The notes: generated from the letters alone by a model not told the origin. DNA of 64,000 nt from Nitrosopumilus sp. (GCA_963667665.2 OY763927.2:1152001-1216000), one strand, 5' to 3'. Counted from the stretch's first letter, positions 1-10,298 are shown. Numbers and translations are program-made.

Positions 1-957
1 AAAATTCATAAAGAAATTGTTGTTCCGCGGGTTCATGTTTGACCATAACATTTGGAACATGAAAACAGCATTTGCAGTTAAGGCAGATGCTAAAATTACT
101 GGAATGTTTGAGACATACATCAATTTGATTGGATACACAGCAGAGAAACCTCTGTATTTTGTAGATACAATTGGAATCTCAATTTTCATTCCCTGTGTAA
201 ATACAAGTATCAACAATATTCCAGCAGTAAGACACAACCCGAAGATACTCGGGAGTTGATTTGCACGGAATAAAATATTTGAAAGATCACCATTCATGAT
301 GGATTGACCAATATACGGGATTATGCCAATCATGCCTCCATCACCTGCAGGTAACGGGCTAAACATGCTCCAAAGAATTTGTTGAGCAACACCTGCCATA
401 ATGAATAAACTGATTCCACTACCAAGACCCCAACCCTTCTGGATTGTTTCATCTAAGAACATGATAATTATCGACGCGCCCATCAGTTGGCCAATCATTA
501 CATACAAAAAGTATGGTTCAGTAACTCCAGGACCATAAACTGCTACAGCATATACAATAGATTCAGCTATAATTACAATGTATGTAACTAATTTAGTAGC
601 TGTTTGAAATATTCCTCGTTCTTCTGGTTTTTTGAAATCAAATTTGAGAATATCTGAACCTCTCAATAATTGCATCAAGAGTCCAGCTGTAACTATCGGC
701 CCTATTCCTAATTCAACAAGGGTTCCTTGTTGTGATGCAAAAATAACTCTAGCAAATGCTAGAAAATCAAACTGTGGTGCAGTGGCTCCAAACAAGGGCG
801 TTTGGCCCATTACCATGTAAATTAATAATATTACTCCACACCATAACAATCGTTTTTGAAGAGTGATCTTCTTTTTTGGTTTTGGTACTTGAGGAAGATA
901 TGGTTCTACTTTGAAAACGATTTTTCTGATAGTACTAGTAATGGTACCTTCAGCCAT
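1..957 (-). CDS. secY: Preprotein translocase subunit SecY (Sec61 alpha), runs off the window start
   Basis: Not in the ORF track. Manual translation from ATG 957 gives MAEGTITSTIRKIVFKVEPYLPQVPKPKKKITLQKRLLWCG..., with LVELGIGPIVTAGL and GWGLGSGISLFI motifs; follows uL15. Confidence 0.96.
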   Translation of the reverse strand, partial: MAEGTITSTIRKIVFKVEPYLPQVPKPKKKITLQKRLLWCGVILLIYMVMGQTPLFGATAPQFDFLAFARVIFASQQGTLVELGIGPIVTAGLLMQLLRGSDILKFDFKKPEERGIFQTATKLVTYIVIIAESIVYAVAVYGPGVTEPYFLYVMIGQLMGASIIIMFLDETIQKGWGLGSGISLFIMAGVAQQILWSMFSPLPAGDGGMIGIIPYIGQSIMNGDLSNILFRANQLPSIFGLCLTAGILLILVFTQGMKIEIPIVSTKYRGFSAVYPIKLMYVSNIPVILASALTANAVFMFQMLWSNMNPRNNNFFMNF

Positions 958-1375
958 TATCAGATAACACCTCTCCCCCAACTGCTTTTAATTTCTCTTC
1001 AGCAGATGCTGTGAATTGTTTTACTTTGACGGAATAAGCGTTAGTTAGTTTTCCGCCGCCAAGGAGTTTTTCGTATCCTGCATTTTCAAGATCTACGATT
1101 TTCTTTCCTCCTTCTTCTTTACCGAACTTTGAGAACAAGTCATCAAGATCTCTGACGCTAGCCCATTTCTTTGTAATATTTGGGTGAGGTGGTTTAGTTG
1201 AATCATGACCATAATGATCTGGGTCAAATTTTAACATAGAACTGTAATGGTGTTTCATCATACCTGTTTGTCCAAGACCGCCCTTATGACCACTTGCACG
1301 ATGTTGACCTACTTGTCCCCATCCCATATGTCGTCCTCCTCTAAGTCTTCTAGTTTTTCGTAATCTAGTTGCCAT
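950..1375 (-). CDS. rpl15: 50S ribosomal protein uL15
   Basis: RKTRRLRGGRHMGWG...GHKGG and KLLGGG motifs; spc-operon position. Confidence 0.96.
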   Translation of the reverse strand: MATRLRKTRRLRGGRHMGWGQVGQHRASGHKGGLGQTGMMKHHYSSMLKFDPDHYGHDSTKPPHPNITKKWASVRDLDDLFSKFGKEEGGKKIVDLENAGYEKLLGGGKLTNAYSVKVKQFTASAEEKLKAVGGEVLSDNG

Positions 1376-1376
1376 G

Positions 1377-1853
1377 TTAAATCATTCTCCTAACTATAGT
1401 GTCAAGTTCTTTATTTTGTCCAAGCATACCTTTTTGCCCATATAGTTTCTTAGTGCTTCTCTTGAATCCATGTCTTGGAGGTGCTAAAGCAAACCAAGGT
1501 TTTAGAGGTTTTAATTTAGATAAAGTATCTTTGCCATCAGCCAAAGCTGTTGCCAATTCATCAGTACTTGCAAAACCAAGTTCTTTTAGATCTTCAGCAG
1601 TTATTTTTTTATAACCAGATTTTCTTGCTTTCTTTTCAATCAATTCTTTTGCTAAATCTGCATCAAGTTCAACCCAAGATACATAGTGTTGTACTTTTCT
1701 TAACATTCCCAAAGTGTTATCTTTAACAGGTAAAATTGTTGCACGATATTTTTTATCTAATTTTAACAAAGTCATAGTAGTTGTTGCCCAATATGGACAA
1801 TCAGCTTGACCTTTAATTCTAACAACAAGATATGCTTTTACCATTTTTATCAA
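1377..1853 (-). CDS. rpl30: 50S ribosomal protein uL30 (archaeal L30p); start may be ATG 1844
   Basis: YLVVRIKG, GMLRKVQHYVSW and LAPPRHGF motifs; between S5 and L15. Confidence 0.94.
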   Translation of the reverse strand: MIKMVKAYLVVRIKGQADCPYWATTTMTLLKLDKKYRATILPVKDNTLGMLRKVQHYVSWVELDADLAKELIEKKARKSGYKKITAEDLKELGFASTDELATALADGKDTLSKLKPLKPWFALAPPRHGFKRSTKKLYGQKGMLGQNKELDTIVRRMI

Positions 1854-2578
1854 CCTTGACTAAATGTCTGTCTAAGACAATCCAATACAGCTTTTGAAGT
1901 TGAACTCATTGTAGGAGTAGAGCCTTTTGCAGTAGTCCATGCATCTTTAAGACCAGCTAATTCCAATAATCGTTTAATTTTACCACCAGCAACTAAACCT
2001 AATCCACGAGGTGCTGGAATAATTTCAATGGTGACACTTCCACCCTTTCCTTTAACCTTGAATGGAATAGAATGTTTTTGATCACATCGGCATTCCCAAC
2101 TGCCACATCCTAATTTGATTGGGCTGACATTTAGAAAAGCTTGACTTGTTGCTTTCTCAATTGCAATTCTCATTTGTTTTGATTTTCCTCTACCAATTCC
2201 CAAGTAACCATTTTCATTTCCAGCTGCAACAATTGCTTTGAATCGTGTAGACTGGCCATTTGAAGTCATTTTTTGAATAATTCCTACATCAACAACTTCA
2301 CTTTTCAAATCTGGAAGTAGTTTCTTGATAATTCCTGCTTCTTGAATTCTTAATCCTGATTCAATTATTTCTTCAAGTGAAGTAATTTCGCCTGATGCAA
2401 CTTTTTTCCCCAAATTAGTTTTTGGAACCCAAACCTCTTCTACGGGTTCTCTTCGTGGTCTTCTTGGACGATCGCTATTTCCTCCTGGTGGACCTCGTCC
2501 ATAGACAGGTGCACGTTTTCCTCTTGGACCACCACTTGATTGCCCTTGTGTACCTTTAGTTTTTGTTGCTTGACTCAT
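1850..2578 (-). CDS. rps5: 30S ribosomal protein uS5
   Basis: WVPKTNLGK, RFKAIVAAGNENG and PAPRGLGLVAG motifs. Confidence 0.97.
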   Translation of the reverse strand: MSQATKTKGTQGQSSGGPRGKRAPVYGRGPPGGNSDRPRRPRREPVEEVWVPKTNLGKKVASGEITSLEEIIESGLRIQEAGIIKKLLPDLKSEVVDVGIIQKMTSNGQSTRFKAIVAAGNENGYLGIGRGKSKQMRIAIEKATSQAFLNVSPIKLGCGSWECRCDQKHSIPFKVKGKGGSVTIEIIPAPRGLGLVAGGKIKRLLELAGLKDAWTTAKGSTPTMSSTSKAVLDCLRQTFSQG

Positions 2579-2580
2579 TT

Positions 2581-3063
2581 CTATTTACCTTCATTATCAA
2601 TAGTTGATTTCATTTTTGAAATATCATTTTTAACAGTAAGATGTTCTCCGTTGATTCTATCATCAGATGGAAATGTTTCCTTATCAGCTGGAACTTGAAC
2701 TCCAGCATCAATAACTCCTTTGAGAGCTGCTGCCATTCTTTGCGTGTATCTTTTAGTTCCGGTATAAAGAATAGCATCATTTGCACCTTTACCAAGTGCT
2801 TTCTTACCTGCCAAGTATCCTGTAAGATATGCTGCAGGTACACTCTTTCTAGAACCTTTCCAACCTTTTTCAAGTAAATATCTGGAATGTGCAGATGCAA
2901 TAACAGTATCACCAGTCATCCCAGGCTTGAGAATTTGTACTTGAGTGTTTTCATTAGAAATATTTACAGTAATAAAATCACGTTTACCCATCAACATAGT
3001 TCCTCGTTTTTTATAATTGGTCTTTTCTTCTCTAAGTCTTCTCAATATTTTTGAATAGGCCAT
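2581..3063 (-). CDS. rpl18: 50S ribosomal protein uL18
   Basis: RRLREEKTNYKKR and PAAYLTGYLAG motifs. Confidence 0.95.
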   Translation of the reverse strand: MAYSKILRRLREEKTNYKKRGTMLMGKRDFITVNISNENTQVQILKPGMTGDTVIASAHSRYLLEKGWKGSRKSVPAAYLTGYLAGKKALGKGANDAILYTGTKRYTQRMAAALKGVIDAGVQVPADKETFPSDDRINGEHLTVKNDISKMKSTIDNEGK

Positions 3064-3099
3064 CTATAGAAACCGAGTTTGAATCTTCTCTTATATACG

Positions 3100-4014
3100 T
3101 TAAGCGTGAATGAGAGCAACAAGTAATGCCTTTTGAGTATGAAGACGATTTTCTGCCTCATCCCAAACAACGGATTGATAACTATCAATTACAGATGATG
3201 TTACTTCTTGTCCTCTCTTAGCAGGAAGACAATGCATAAAGATCGCATTTTTCTTTGCAGTTTTCATTAATTTTGAATTGACTTGATACTTGGGGGAAAA
3301 ATTTTTGATTCTTTTTGGATTACTATTATGAATAGATGAAAAAGTATCTGTAACAACTACATCAGCATTTTTAGTTGCAATGAATGGATCTGTAGTTAAT
3401 TCAATGTTAGTTAATTTCTTTGATTCTTTAAGAACAGTTTTGTCAGGTTCAAATCCTTTAGGAGTTGCAATCGACATGTCAATTCCAGATAATGCAGCAC
3501 CATAAATCATAGAATTACAAACGTTATTTCCATCCCCAACCCAAGCAATCTTTAATCCTTTGAGTTTTTTCTTCTTTTCTTTAATTGTCATAAAATCTGC
3601 CAAAGTTTGACAAGGATGAAAAGAATCAGATAATCCATTTATCACAGGTACGTTTGCATGTTCAGCTAGTTTATCTAACAATTCATGTTCGTAAACACGG
3701 GCCATTATACAATCAGTGTATCGTGAGAGAGTTTTTGCCGTATCTTCAATAGATTCACCACGAGATAATTGCATATCATTTGATGACAAATTAATTGCAT
3801 AACCACCTAATTGATACATTCCAATTTCAAAACTTACACGTGTTCTAGTAGATGGTTTTTGAAAGATCATCGTTAATGTTTTATTTTTCAAAAGAGGTTT
3901 GTTTCCACCTTTTTTAAGTTCTTTTTTTAGCTTTATTGAATAATCGATTAATTCCACAAATTCCTTTGGTGTTAATTCCGCTAAAGTGAGTAAATCTTTT
4001 GTTTTGAGTTTCAT
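3100..4014 (-). CDS. argF: Ornithine carbamoyltransferase (start taken at ATG 4014, MKLKTKD)
   Basis: STRTR, HPCQ, GDGNNV and HCLP motifs. Confidence 0.96.
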   Translation of the reverse strand: MKLKTKDLLTLAELTPKEFVELIDYSIKLKKELKKGGNKPLLKNKTLTMIFQKPSTRTRVSFEIGMYQLGGYAINLSSNDMQLSRGESIEDTAKTLSRYTDCIMARVYEHELLDKLAEHANVPVINGLSDSFHPCQTLADFMTIKEKKKKLKGLKIAWVGDGNNVCNSMIYGAALSGIDMSIATPKGFEPDKTVLKESKKLTNIELTTDPFIATKNADVVVTDTFSSIHNSNPKRIKNFSPKYQVNSKLMKTAKKNAIFMHCLPAKRGQEVTSSVIDSYQSVVWDEAENRLHTQKALLVALIHA

Positions 4015-4066
4015 TTCCCAAATCCAAACAACCTCGTTTCTTTTTAGGTTTTTCTTCTTTGTCTTT

Positions 4067-5308
4067 TCATTCACCAGATTCGAGTCTACCATGTTTAACC
4101 CACTCACGAATCTTGTTTGCTAGTTTGTTAGCTTCGTTGTCATTTTCAGGGGGAGGAACATCAAATAGATCTGAATAAGTTGCAATGTCATCATCGCTAA
4201 TTCCTTCAAACGGATCAGTAGAGGAAGATTCTGGTGTTGGTTCTGGTGTTGGTTCTGGTGTTGGTTCTGGTGTTGGTTCTGGTGTTGGTTCTGGTGTTGG
4301 TTCTGGTGTTGGTTCTGGTGTTGGTTCTGGTGTTGGTTCTGGTGTTGGTTCTGGTGTTGGTTCTGGTGTTGGTTCTTCTGTTTTTGTTATGTCAACATTA
4401 CCTAATGAACCAAAAACAGTTTCTAGAAAAGTTTCCTTATCAAATGGTTTTAGATCAGAATATTCTTGTCCGGTTCCAACATAAAGAACTGGTGTAGAGG
4501 TGACTTTTACAATGGATAAAGCAGCACCGCCTTTTGCATCTGCATCACTCTTTGTCAAAATAGAAGCATTGAATTTTACGCGTTTAAAAAATTCTCGTGC
4601 TTGATTAACAGTATCATTTCCAGCTAAAGAATCGCCTACAAAAATTGTCATATCAGGATTTACAACTTTGTTGATTTTTTCAATTTGTTCCATCAGGTTT
4701 TTGCTTGTTTGCATTCTTCCTGCAGTGTCAATTAACACACAATCTGTTTTGTGAGATTTTGCATACAATACTGCATCTCTAGCAACGGCTGCAGGATCTG
4801 AATTATAATTTTGTGCAACAAGTTTTAGATTTAGACGATTAGTATGTTCTCGTAGTTGCTCAATTGCACCAGCTCGATAAGTATCTGCAGCTGCAACAAC
4901 AACAGAATATTTTGCTTGTTGTAGCATATACGCAATTTTAGCTAAAGAAGTAGTTTTTCCTGTTCCATTAATTCCAACAAATAAAATCAGAAAGGGTTGT
5001 TCTTGTTTCTTTTTTTCATTAATTTTTTCAAATAGATCAATTTTCTCTACAGCATCAAATAATGCAGAGATGCTTGAAATCAAACTATCTTTAACAAATT
5101 TTTCAATTTGATGCTTGTCAATTTTTGAACCAATTAATTTTTCTTTTAGATCAGATTTAATTTCATCAATTACTTCACCAGCTACATCAGATTCTAAAAG
5201 AGAGATTTCTAATTCAAAAAGGATTTCTTCAATATCTTTTTCTTTGAGTTCCTTTTCACCAAAGCTTTTCGCTGCATTAGAAAATGCATCACGAAGTTTA
5301 TCAAACAT
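4067..5308 (-). CDS. ftsY: SRP receptor FtsY with a C-terminal (PTPE)n linker
   Basis: GINGTGKTT, DTYRAGA, DTAGR and TKSDADAKGG SRP-GTPase motifs. Confidence 0.97.
   Translation of the reverse strand: MFDKLRDAFSNAAKSFGEKELKEKDIEEILFELEISLLESDVAGEVIDEIKSDLKEKLIGSKIDKHQIEKFVKDSLISSISALFDAVEKIDLFEKINEKKKQEQPFLILFVGINGTGKTTSLAKIAYMLQQAKYSVVVAAADTYRAGAIEQLREHTNRLNLKLVAQNYNSDPAAVARDAVLYAKSHKTDCVLIDTAGRMQTSKNLMEQIEKINKVVNPDMTIFVGDSLAGNDTVNQAREFFKRVKFNASILTKSDADAKGGAALSIVKVTSTPVLYVGTGQEYSDLKPFDKETFLETVFGSLGNVDITKTEEPTPEPTPEPTPEPTPEPTPEPTPEPTPEPTPEPTPEPTPEPTPEPTPESSSTDPFEGISDDDIATYSDLFDVPPPENDNEANKLANKIREWVKHGRLESGE
4229..4372. repeat. Perfect 12-bp tandem repeat (TTCTGGTGTTGG) x12 encoding (PTPE)12 in FtsY
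   Basis: Counted directly: 144 bp, 12 identical units. Confidence 0.97.
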
Positions 5309-5311
5309 GTT

Positions 5312-5737
5312 TTATCCCGATTTTGGTTGTGATACAGATTGCATTAATTGATTAATTTGTTCTCGTCCTTGCTCTAATCGTGCTGCAGCATCTTGTTTTT
5401 TTGCAGTATTATCTTGTAAAGCAACTTCAATTTCTTTAATATGGGCTTCAAGATAGTTTATAGCTGAAGGGAAATCTTTTTCCACTGCAACTCCTGCACC
5501 AATACTCAAAACAATCTTGCTGTTAGATAAAATTTTTGTAGGAACATATGTACCGATTCCGATTGGAACAAGAGTTTCTGATTCAGGCTTTTGACTTAGA
5601 GTTTTAATGGACTCAATTGCAGCAGTTGTCTCTCTTAAAACACTCAAAAAAGTTCCTTCTCTTTGAGATAATTCAGAAAAATATGTTTCAAGCATTTGCA
5701 TTTGCTGCATTAACTGCTGTGCCTGTTCTTCACTCAT
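5312..5737 (-). CDS. pfdA: Prefoldin subunit alpha
   Basis: Coiled coil / beta-hairpins (LVPIGIGTYV, VLSIGAGVAVEK) / coiled coil; adjacent to ftsY. Confidence 0.92.
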   Translation of the reverse strand: MSEEQAQQLMQQMQMLETYFSELSQREGTFLSVLRETTAAIESIKTLSQKPESETLVPIGIGTYVPTKILSNSKIVLSIGAGVAVEKDFPSAINYLEAHIKEIEVALQDNTAKKQDAAARLEQGREQINQLMQSVSQPKSG

Positions 5738-5819
5738 TTACAACAAACCATTCTCAGATGGTTATAAATTCATTCACAGATATCTCTAATGAGAATAAAA
5801 AATAAATAAAGATTGAGCT

Positions 5820-6440
5820 TTATTTTGCTTTTGAGAATCTAGATTCTACTTCGTCCCAATTAACTACATTCCACCATGCCTCGATATAGACTGGTCGTTT
5901 GTTTTGATAGTTGAGATAGTATGCATGCTCCCAAACATCACAGCCTAACAATGGTACTAATCCTTCTGTTCTTGGACTAGTTTGGTTTGGCATTGATTTG
6001 TATTCAACCTTACTTGAAGAAGGATTGTATACTAACCATCCCCAACCACTGCCTTGAATTACTGCTGTAGTGGATGAAAATTTCTCTTTAAAGTCAGAGA
6101 AGCTTCCAAAAGAATCGTTAATTGCATCAGCAATTGATCCTCCAGGTTCTCCGCCTCCGTTTGCTTTCATGTTATTCCAAAATAGTCTATGGTTATCATA
6201 GCCACCACCGTTGAAATTAATTGCACCTCTTTTGTCTTCTGGTACTGAGTTGATATCAGACAAAATATCAAGAATATCTTTGTCTTGAATCTCAGCTGGA
6301 CATGATTCAAGAGCTGCATTTAGTTTGTCAGTGTATGCTTGATGATGTTTTGTATGATGAATCTCCATTGTTTTTGCATCAATGTGAGGTTCTAATGCAT
6401 CATAAGCATATGGCATTTCAGGAAGTGTGTATTTTCCCAT
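5820..6440 (-). CDS. sod: Fe/Mn superoxide dismutase
   Basis: LPEMPYAYDALEP, HHTKHH and DVWEHAYY motifs; start taken at ATG 6440. Confidence 0.97.
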   Translation of the reverse strand: MGKYTLPEMPYAYDALEPHIDAKTMEIHHTKHHQAYTDKLNAALESCPAEIQDKDILDILSDINSVPEDKRGAINFNGGGYDNHRLFWNNMKANGGGEPGGSIADAINDSFGSFSDFKEKFSSTTAVIQGSGWGWLVYNPSSSKVEYKSMPNQTSPRTEGLVPLLGCDVWEHAYYLNYQNKRPVYIEAWWNVVNWDEVESRFSKAK

Positions 6441-6518
6441 GAATACTTTTGAGAATTTATTCAATTTATTTGTTTAGTAAGCAATTCATTTTTACTTGTA
6501 AAAATAGTTAGAAAATTT

Positions 6519-8543
6519 GTGAAATTATTAGTTTTTTCTTTGATGGTAGTATTTTTGGTGGGTTTTATTTTATTTCAATCTATAGAATCTGAAAATGAAA
6601 TTCAGACATACTTGGAGAGAAGTGTTCCATATGTTGGAACAGAAATTCCAAGAATGGATGGAATTGATGGAACTGGAATTAAAATAGCAGTAATTGATAC
6701 TGGAGTTGATTTTAATCATCCAGATTTATTTGGATGGGGTCCTGATGGAAAAGTGATAGGAGGATATAATTTCATACAAGAAGATCAACCACCTTTAGAT
6801 ACAAACGGTCATGGTACGCAAGTTGCTGGAGTAATTGCAGCCGATGGTCAAGCAGTTGGAATTGCACCTAAAGCAAAAATTCTTGCCTACAAAGTTTCAG
6901 AAGATGGTGAAGGAGTATCATCAGAATTAATCACTAGAGCCATAGAAAAAGCAATTGAAGATGGTGCAGATATTATCAATATTAGTTTAGGAGTAAACAA
7001 AACAAATACAAAAATTGAACGTGCAGTAAATAATGCATTAGAAAAAGGAATTTTCGTAGTTACTGCTGCTGGAAATGATGGCCCAGGATTCAAAACAATT
7101 GGTAGCCCAGGTAGAAATTTTGGATCTGTCACGGTTGGTGCAACATACAACAATCTCACTTCAAGTTTGGTTGCAACATTAGAAGTAGATGACAAACCAT
7201 ATACTGTAATTCCAATGGTAGGTTCATCAAAACTAGAAGAACCAATTATTGGAAAAATAATTTTTGGAGGATATGGGAAAATTGAAAACTTGAGAAAAAT
7301 TGATGTGAAAGATGCAATATTAATTGTTGAGAGAGGAAGTGATGTGGAAGGAGAGTTATTGTATTTTTCCATCAAGGAAAATAATGCTGCAAATGCAGGA
7401 GCAAAAGCTTTGATTGTATACAATAACAAAGCAGGAATTTTTTTGGGTGAATTGATTCACGAATTTATGGAACTAGGATACAAACCACAAATTCCAGTTG
7501 TATCCATTGACAGAGAAGAAGGACTTGAAATTATAGAATCTATAAAAAATGGTAATGAAGCAAATATGCATTTATTTTACAACCCAGATTTTGTAGCACA
7601 TTTTAGTTCTAGAGGACCAGTATCACCATTTTACATAAAACCAGACATGGTAGCACCTGGTGCATATATCAATTCTACACAAAACAATGGAGGATATAAT
7701 TTTACGAGTGGGACAAGTTATGCAGCACCACATGTTTCTGGAGCAGCAGCACTATTACTTCAAAAAAACCCAGAACTTCATCATCATGAAATTAAATCCC
7801 TATTACTAACTACAGTTGAGCCTGTTTCAGATGCCTATGGACAAGAATTTTCACTGCATGAATCAGGTGCTGGGAGATTAGATATTGGGAATGCATATGG
7901 TGCAAAATTAATCATCACTCCACCAAATTTTGTAGTTAATGTATCATCAGATGTTCTAATTGCGGAGAAACAATTTAGAATAAAATTGATTGAGGGTACG
8001 TTTGATAATTTTGATGTTAAATTTGTTGGGCCAGAATTTGTAAAATTCACATATTTTTTTGAAGGTAATACTTTACAAATTAAAATGAATGTCACTGAAG
8101 AAAATTTTGGAGAATATGAAGGAAAAATAATCATCAATCATGACAGTACTCGATATGTAATTCCATTTCTATTACATTATACACCAGGTTCAATTTCAAT
8201 AAATCAACAAAATCAAAAACTTTTCTTTTATATTTATCATCCAGAAGAATGGAGCTTTGCAAAAATATCAGTTACAAACAGCAAAGATGGAAAAATAGAC
8301 ACCACTACTGTTACACCAAACAAAAAGTCATCAATAGAAATCTATGAAAATGCAGAATACTGGATTGATGCAAAAATTAAAGTTAATGGAAACACATCAT
8401 CTGCATTTAACACAATTAAAATTAGTTCACTTCCAGAAAATTCTTACAGATTAGAAATAATCGACATTCCAGAAAAGCAGGTAGGAATAATTGCAGGAAT
8501 TGTAATAATAATAGGAATTATTGGATTAATTAAAAGAAGATAA
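6519..8543 (+). CDS. Secreted, membrane-anchored S8 (subtilisin-like) serine peptidase with a PA domain
   Basis: VIDTG, HGTQVAG and GTSYAAPHV triad motifs; PA insert; signal peptide and C-terminal TM helix. Confidence 0.92.
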   Translation: MKLLVFSLMVVFLVGFILFQSIESENEIQTYLERSVPYVGTEIPRMDGIDGTGIKIAVIDTGVDFNHPDLFGWGPDGKVIGGYNFIQEDQPPLDTNGHGTQVAGVIAADGQAVGIAPKAKILAYKVSEDGEGVSSELITRAIEKAIEDGADIINISLGVNKTNTKIERAVNNALEKGIFVVTAAGNDGPGFKTIGSPGRNFGSVTVGATYNNLTSSLVATLEVDDKPYTVIPMVGSSKLEEPIIGKIIFGGYGKIENLRKIDVKDAILIVERGSDVEGELLYFSIKENNAANAGAKALIVYNNKAGIFLGELIHEFMELGYKPQIPVVSIDREEGLEIIESIKNGNEANMHLFYNPDFVAHFSSRGPVSPFYIKPDMVAPGAYINSTQNNGGYNFTSGTSYAAPHVSGAAALLLQKNPELHHHEIKSLLLTTVEPVSDAYGQEFSLHESGAGRLDIGNAYGAKLIITPPNFVVNVSSDVLIAEKQFRIKLIEGTFDNFDVKFVGPEFVKFTYFFEGNTLQIKMNVTEENFGEYEGKIIINHDSTRYVIPFLLHYTPGSISINQQNQKLFFYIYHPEEWSFAKISVTNSKDGKIDTTTVTPNKKSSIEIYENAEYWIDAKIKVNGNTSSAFNTIKISSLPENSYRLEIIDIPEKQVGIIAGIVIIIGIIGLIKRR

Positions 8544-8544
8544 T

Positions 8545-10149
8545 CTATAAAGTAAGTTTTGGACCTGCATCAATTATATCAGATGAAACATTTTCAAATT
8601 TCTTAAAATTTTCAACAAATATTTGAGCTAAATTTTTTGCAGAAAAATCATACGAATCTTTGTCAATCCAAGTATTTTTTGGATCTAAAATTTCAGAAGG
8701 AACATCATCTATTTCAGTTGGGACATCTAAATTGAATAAATCATTATGATCATATTTCACATTATCAAGTGCACCTGAAAGAGCAGCAGTAATCATTGCA
8801 CGACTATATTTGATCTTTATTCTTTTTCCAATTCCATATGGACCGCCAGACCAACCAGTGTTTACAAGATAAACTACAGTATTGTGTTGATTAATTTTGT
8901 CTCCAAGTAATTTTGCATAAACAGATGCTGGTCTAGGCATGAATGGAGCTCCAAAACACTCAGAAAATACAGATTTTGGTTCTTTGATTCCTCTTTCAGT
9001 TCCGGCTAATTTACTGGTATAACCGGACATAAAGTGATACATGGCACCTTCTTTTGTTAATCTAGAAACTGGAGGCAAAACTCCTAATGCATCAGCAGTC
9101 AAAAATACAATCACCTTTGGATGACCACCAACACTAGGAATTACTGCACCAGGAATGTAATCCAAAGGATATGCAACGCGGGTATTTTCAGTTAAACTGT
9201 TATCATCAAAATCAGGAACATTATCATCAAGTACTACATTTTCTAAAACAGCACCTGGTTTGATTGCATTCCAGATTTCAGGTTCTGCTTCTTGACTAAG
9301 ATTGATACATTTTGCATAGCATCCGCCTTCAAAGTTGAACGTACCATTGTCAGACCATCCATGCTCATCATCACCAATTAGTTGTCTATTTGGATCTGCA
9401 GAAAGGGTGGTTTTACCAGTACCAGATAATCCAAAAAATAATGTAGTATCACCTTTTTTCCCAATATTTGCAGAACAATGCATTGGAAAAATACCACGTT
9501 CGGGTAAAAGGTAATTCATTATACTAAACATTGATTTTTTCATTTCTCCAGCATATTGCGTACCTCCAATCAAAACAATTTTTCTTGTTAAATCAACTAG
9601 GATTAATACATTAGTTCGGGTTCCATCAATTTCTGGAACTGCCTCAAAATCATTAATACATAATATAGTAAATTCAGGTTCATGATTTTCCAACTCCTCA
9701 TTTGTAGGTCGAATAAACAAGGTTCGTCCAAATAGATTTTGCCAAACGTGATCATTAATCACTCTAATGGGTAGACGATTTTCAGGGTCAGAACCTACAA
9801 AACCATCAAAAACAAAAAGTTCTTTATCATCAACAAAGTTTTTCATTTTTTCAAGAAGTTTCTCAAATTTATCACTTGGAAATTGATGATTAATTTTTCC
9901 CCAATCAATTGTATTTTGAGTTTTGTCATCATATACAATAAATCGGTCATCAGGAGATCGACCAGTATATTTTCCAGTATTAACTGAAAGAGAACCTGTA
10001 GAATTTACTACACCTTCATTTCTTTCAACTGCAAGATTTACCATTTCATCTACGCCTAGATTTCTGTAAACTTTGGAAGGACTGATCCCAAATGTTGTTA
10101 ATTGTGATGAGAATTTGTCAGTTACAGCATTACCTACAACTTGAGTCAG
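8545..10149 (-). CDS. pckA: Phosphoenolpyruvate carboxykinase (ATP); probable CTG start at 10149
   Basis: TGRSPDD, GLSGTGKTT, LIGDDEHGW and NFEGGCYAK motifs; frame stays open 35 codons upstream of ATG 10044 and includes VYRNL. Confidence 0.95.
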   Translation of the reverse strand: MTQVVGNAVTDKFSSQLTTFGISPSKVYRNLGVDEMVNLAVERNEGVVNSTGSLSVNTGKYTGRSPDDRFIVYDDKTQNTIDWGKINHQFPSDKFEKLLEKMKNFVDDKELFVFDGFVGSDPENRLPIRVINDHVWQNLFGRTLFIRPTNEELENHEPEFTILCINDFEAVPEIDGTRTNVLILVDLTRKIVLIGGTQYAGEMKKSMFSIMNYLLPERGIFPMHCSANIGKKGDTTLFFGLSGTGKTTLSADPNRQLIGDDEHGWSDNGTFNFEGGCYAKCINLSQEAEPEIWNAIKPGAVLENVVLDDNVPDFDDNSLTENTRVAYPLDYIPGAVIPSVGGHPKVIVFLTADALGVLPPVSRLTKEGAMYHFMSGYTSKLAGTERGIKEPKSVFSECFGAPFMPRPASVYAKLLGDKINQHNTVVYLVNTGWSGGPYGIGKRIKIKYSRAMITAALSGALDNVKYDHNDLFNLDVPTEIDDVPSEILDPKNTWIDKDSYDFSAKNLAQIFVENFKKFENVSSDIIDAGPKLTL

Positions 10150-10298
10150 AGGATTATGCCTCCAAAAATTATTTTATCAATCTCAGATGGTTTCATGAGA
10201 TATTTCGATCCGCCTTGAATTTCCTTATTATCTCTTTCCTATCTGAAATTTTTTCTTATCTAGGAACGTATTTATTTCAAAATTCAAGACTCACTCTT

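Noticed and set aside
4229-4372. CRISPR array
   Set aside because: Contiguous units without spacers, inside a CDS; no cas genes or repeat-spacer pattern seen in the window.
4185-4497. (GVGS)n and (VL)n ORFs here, and (VLVQ)n/(HLNQ)n ORFs at 60243-60557
   Set aside because: Alternative-frame shadows of the 12-bp PTPE repeats.
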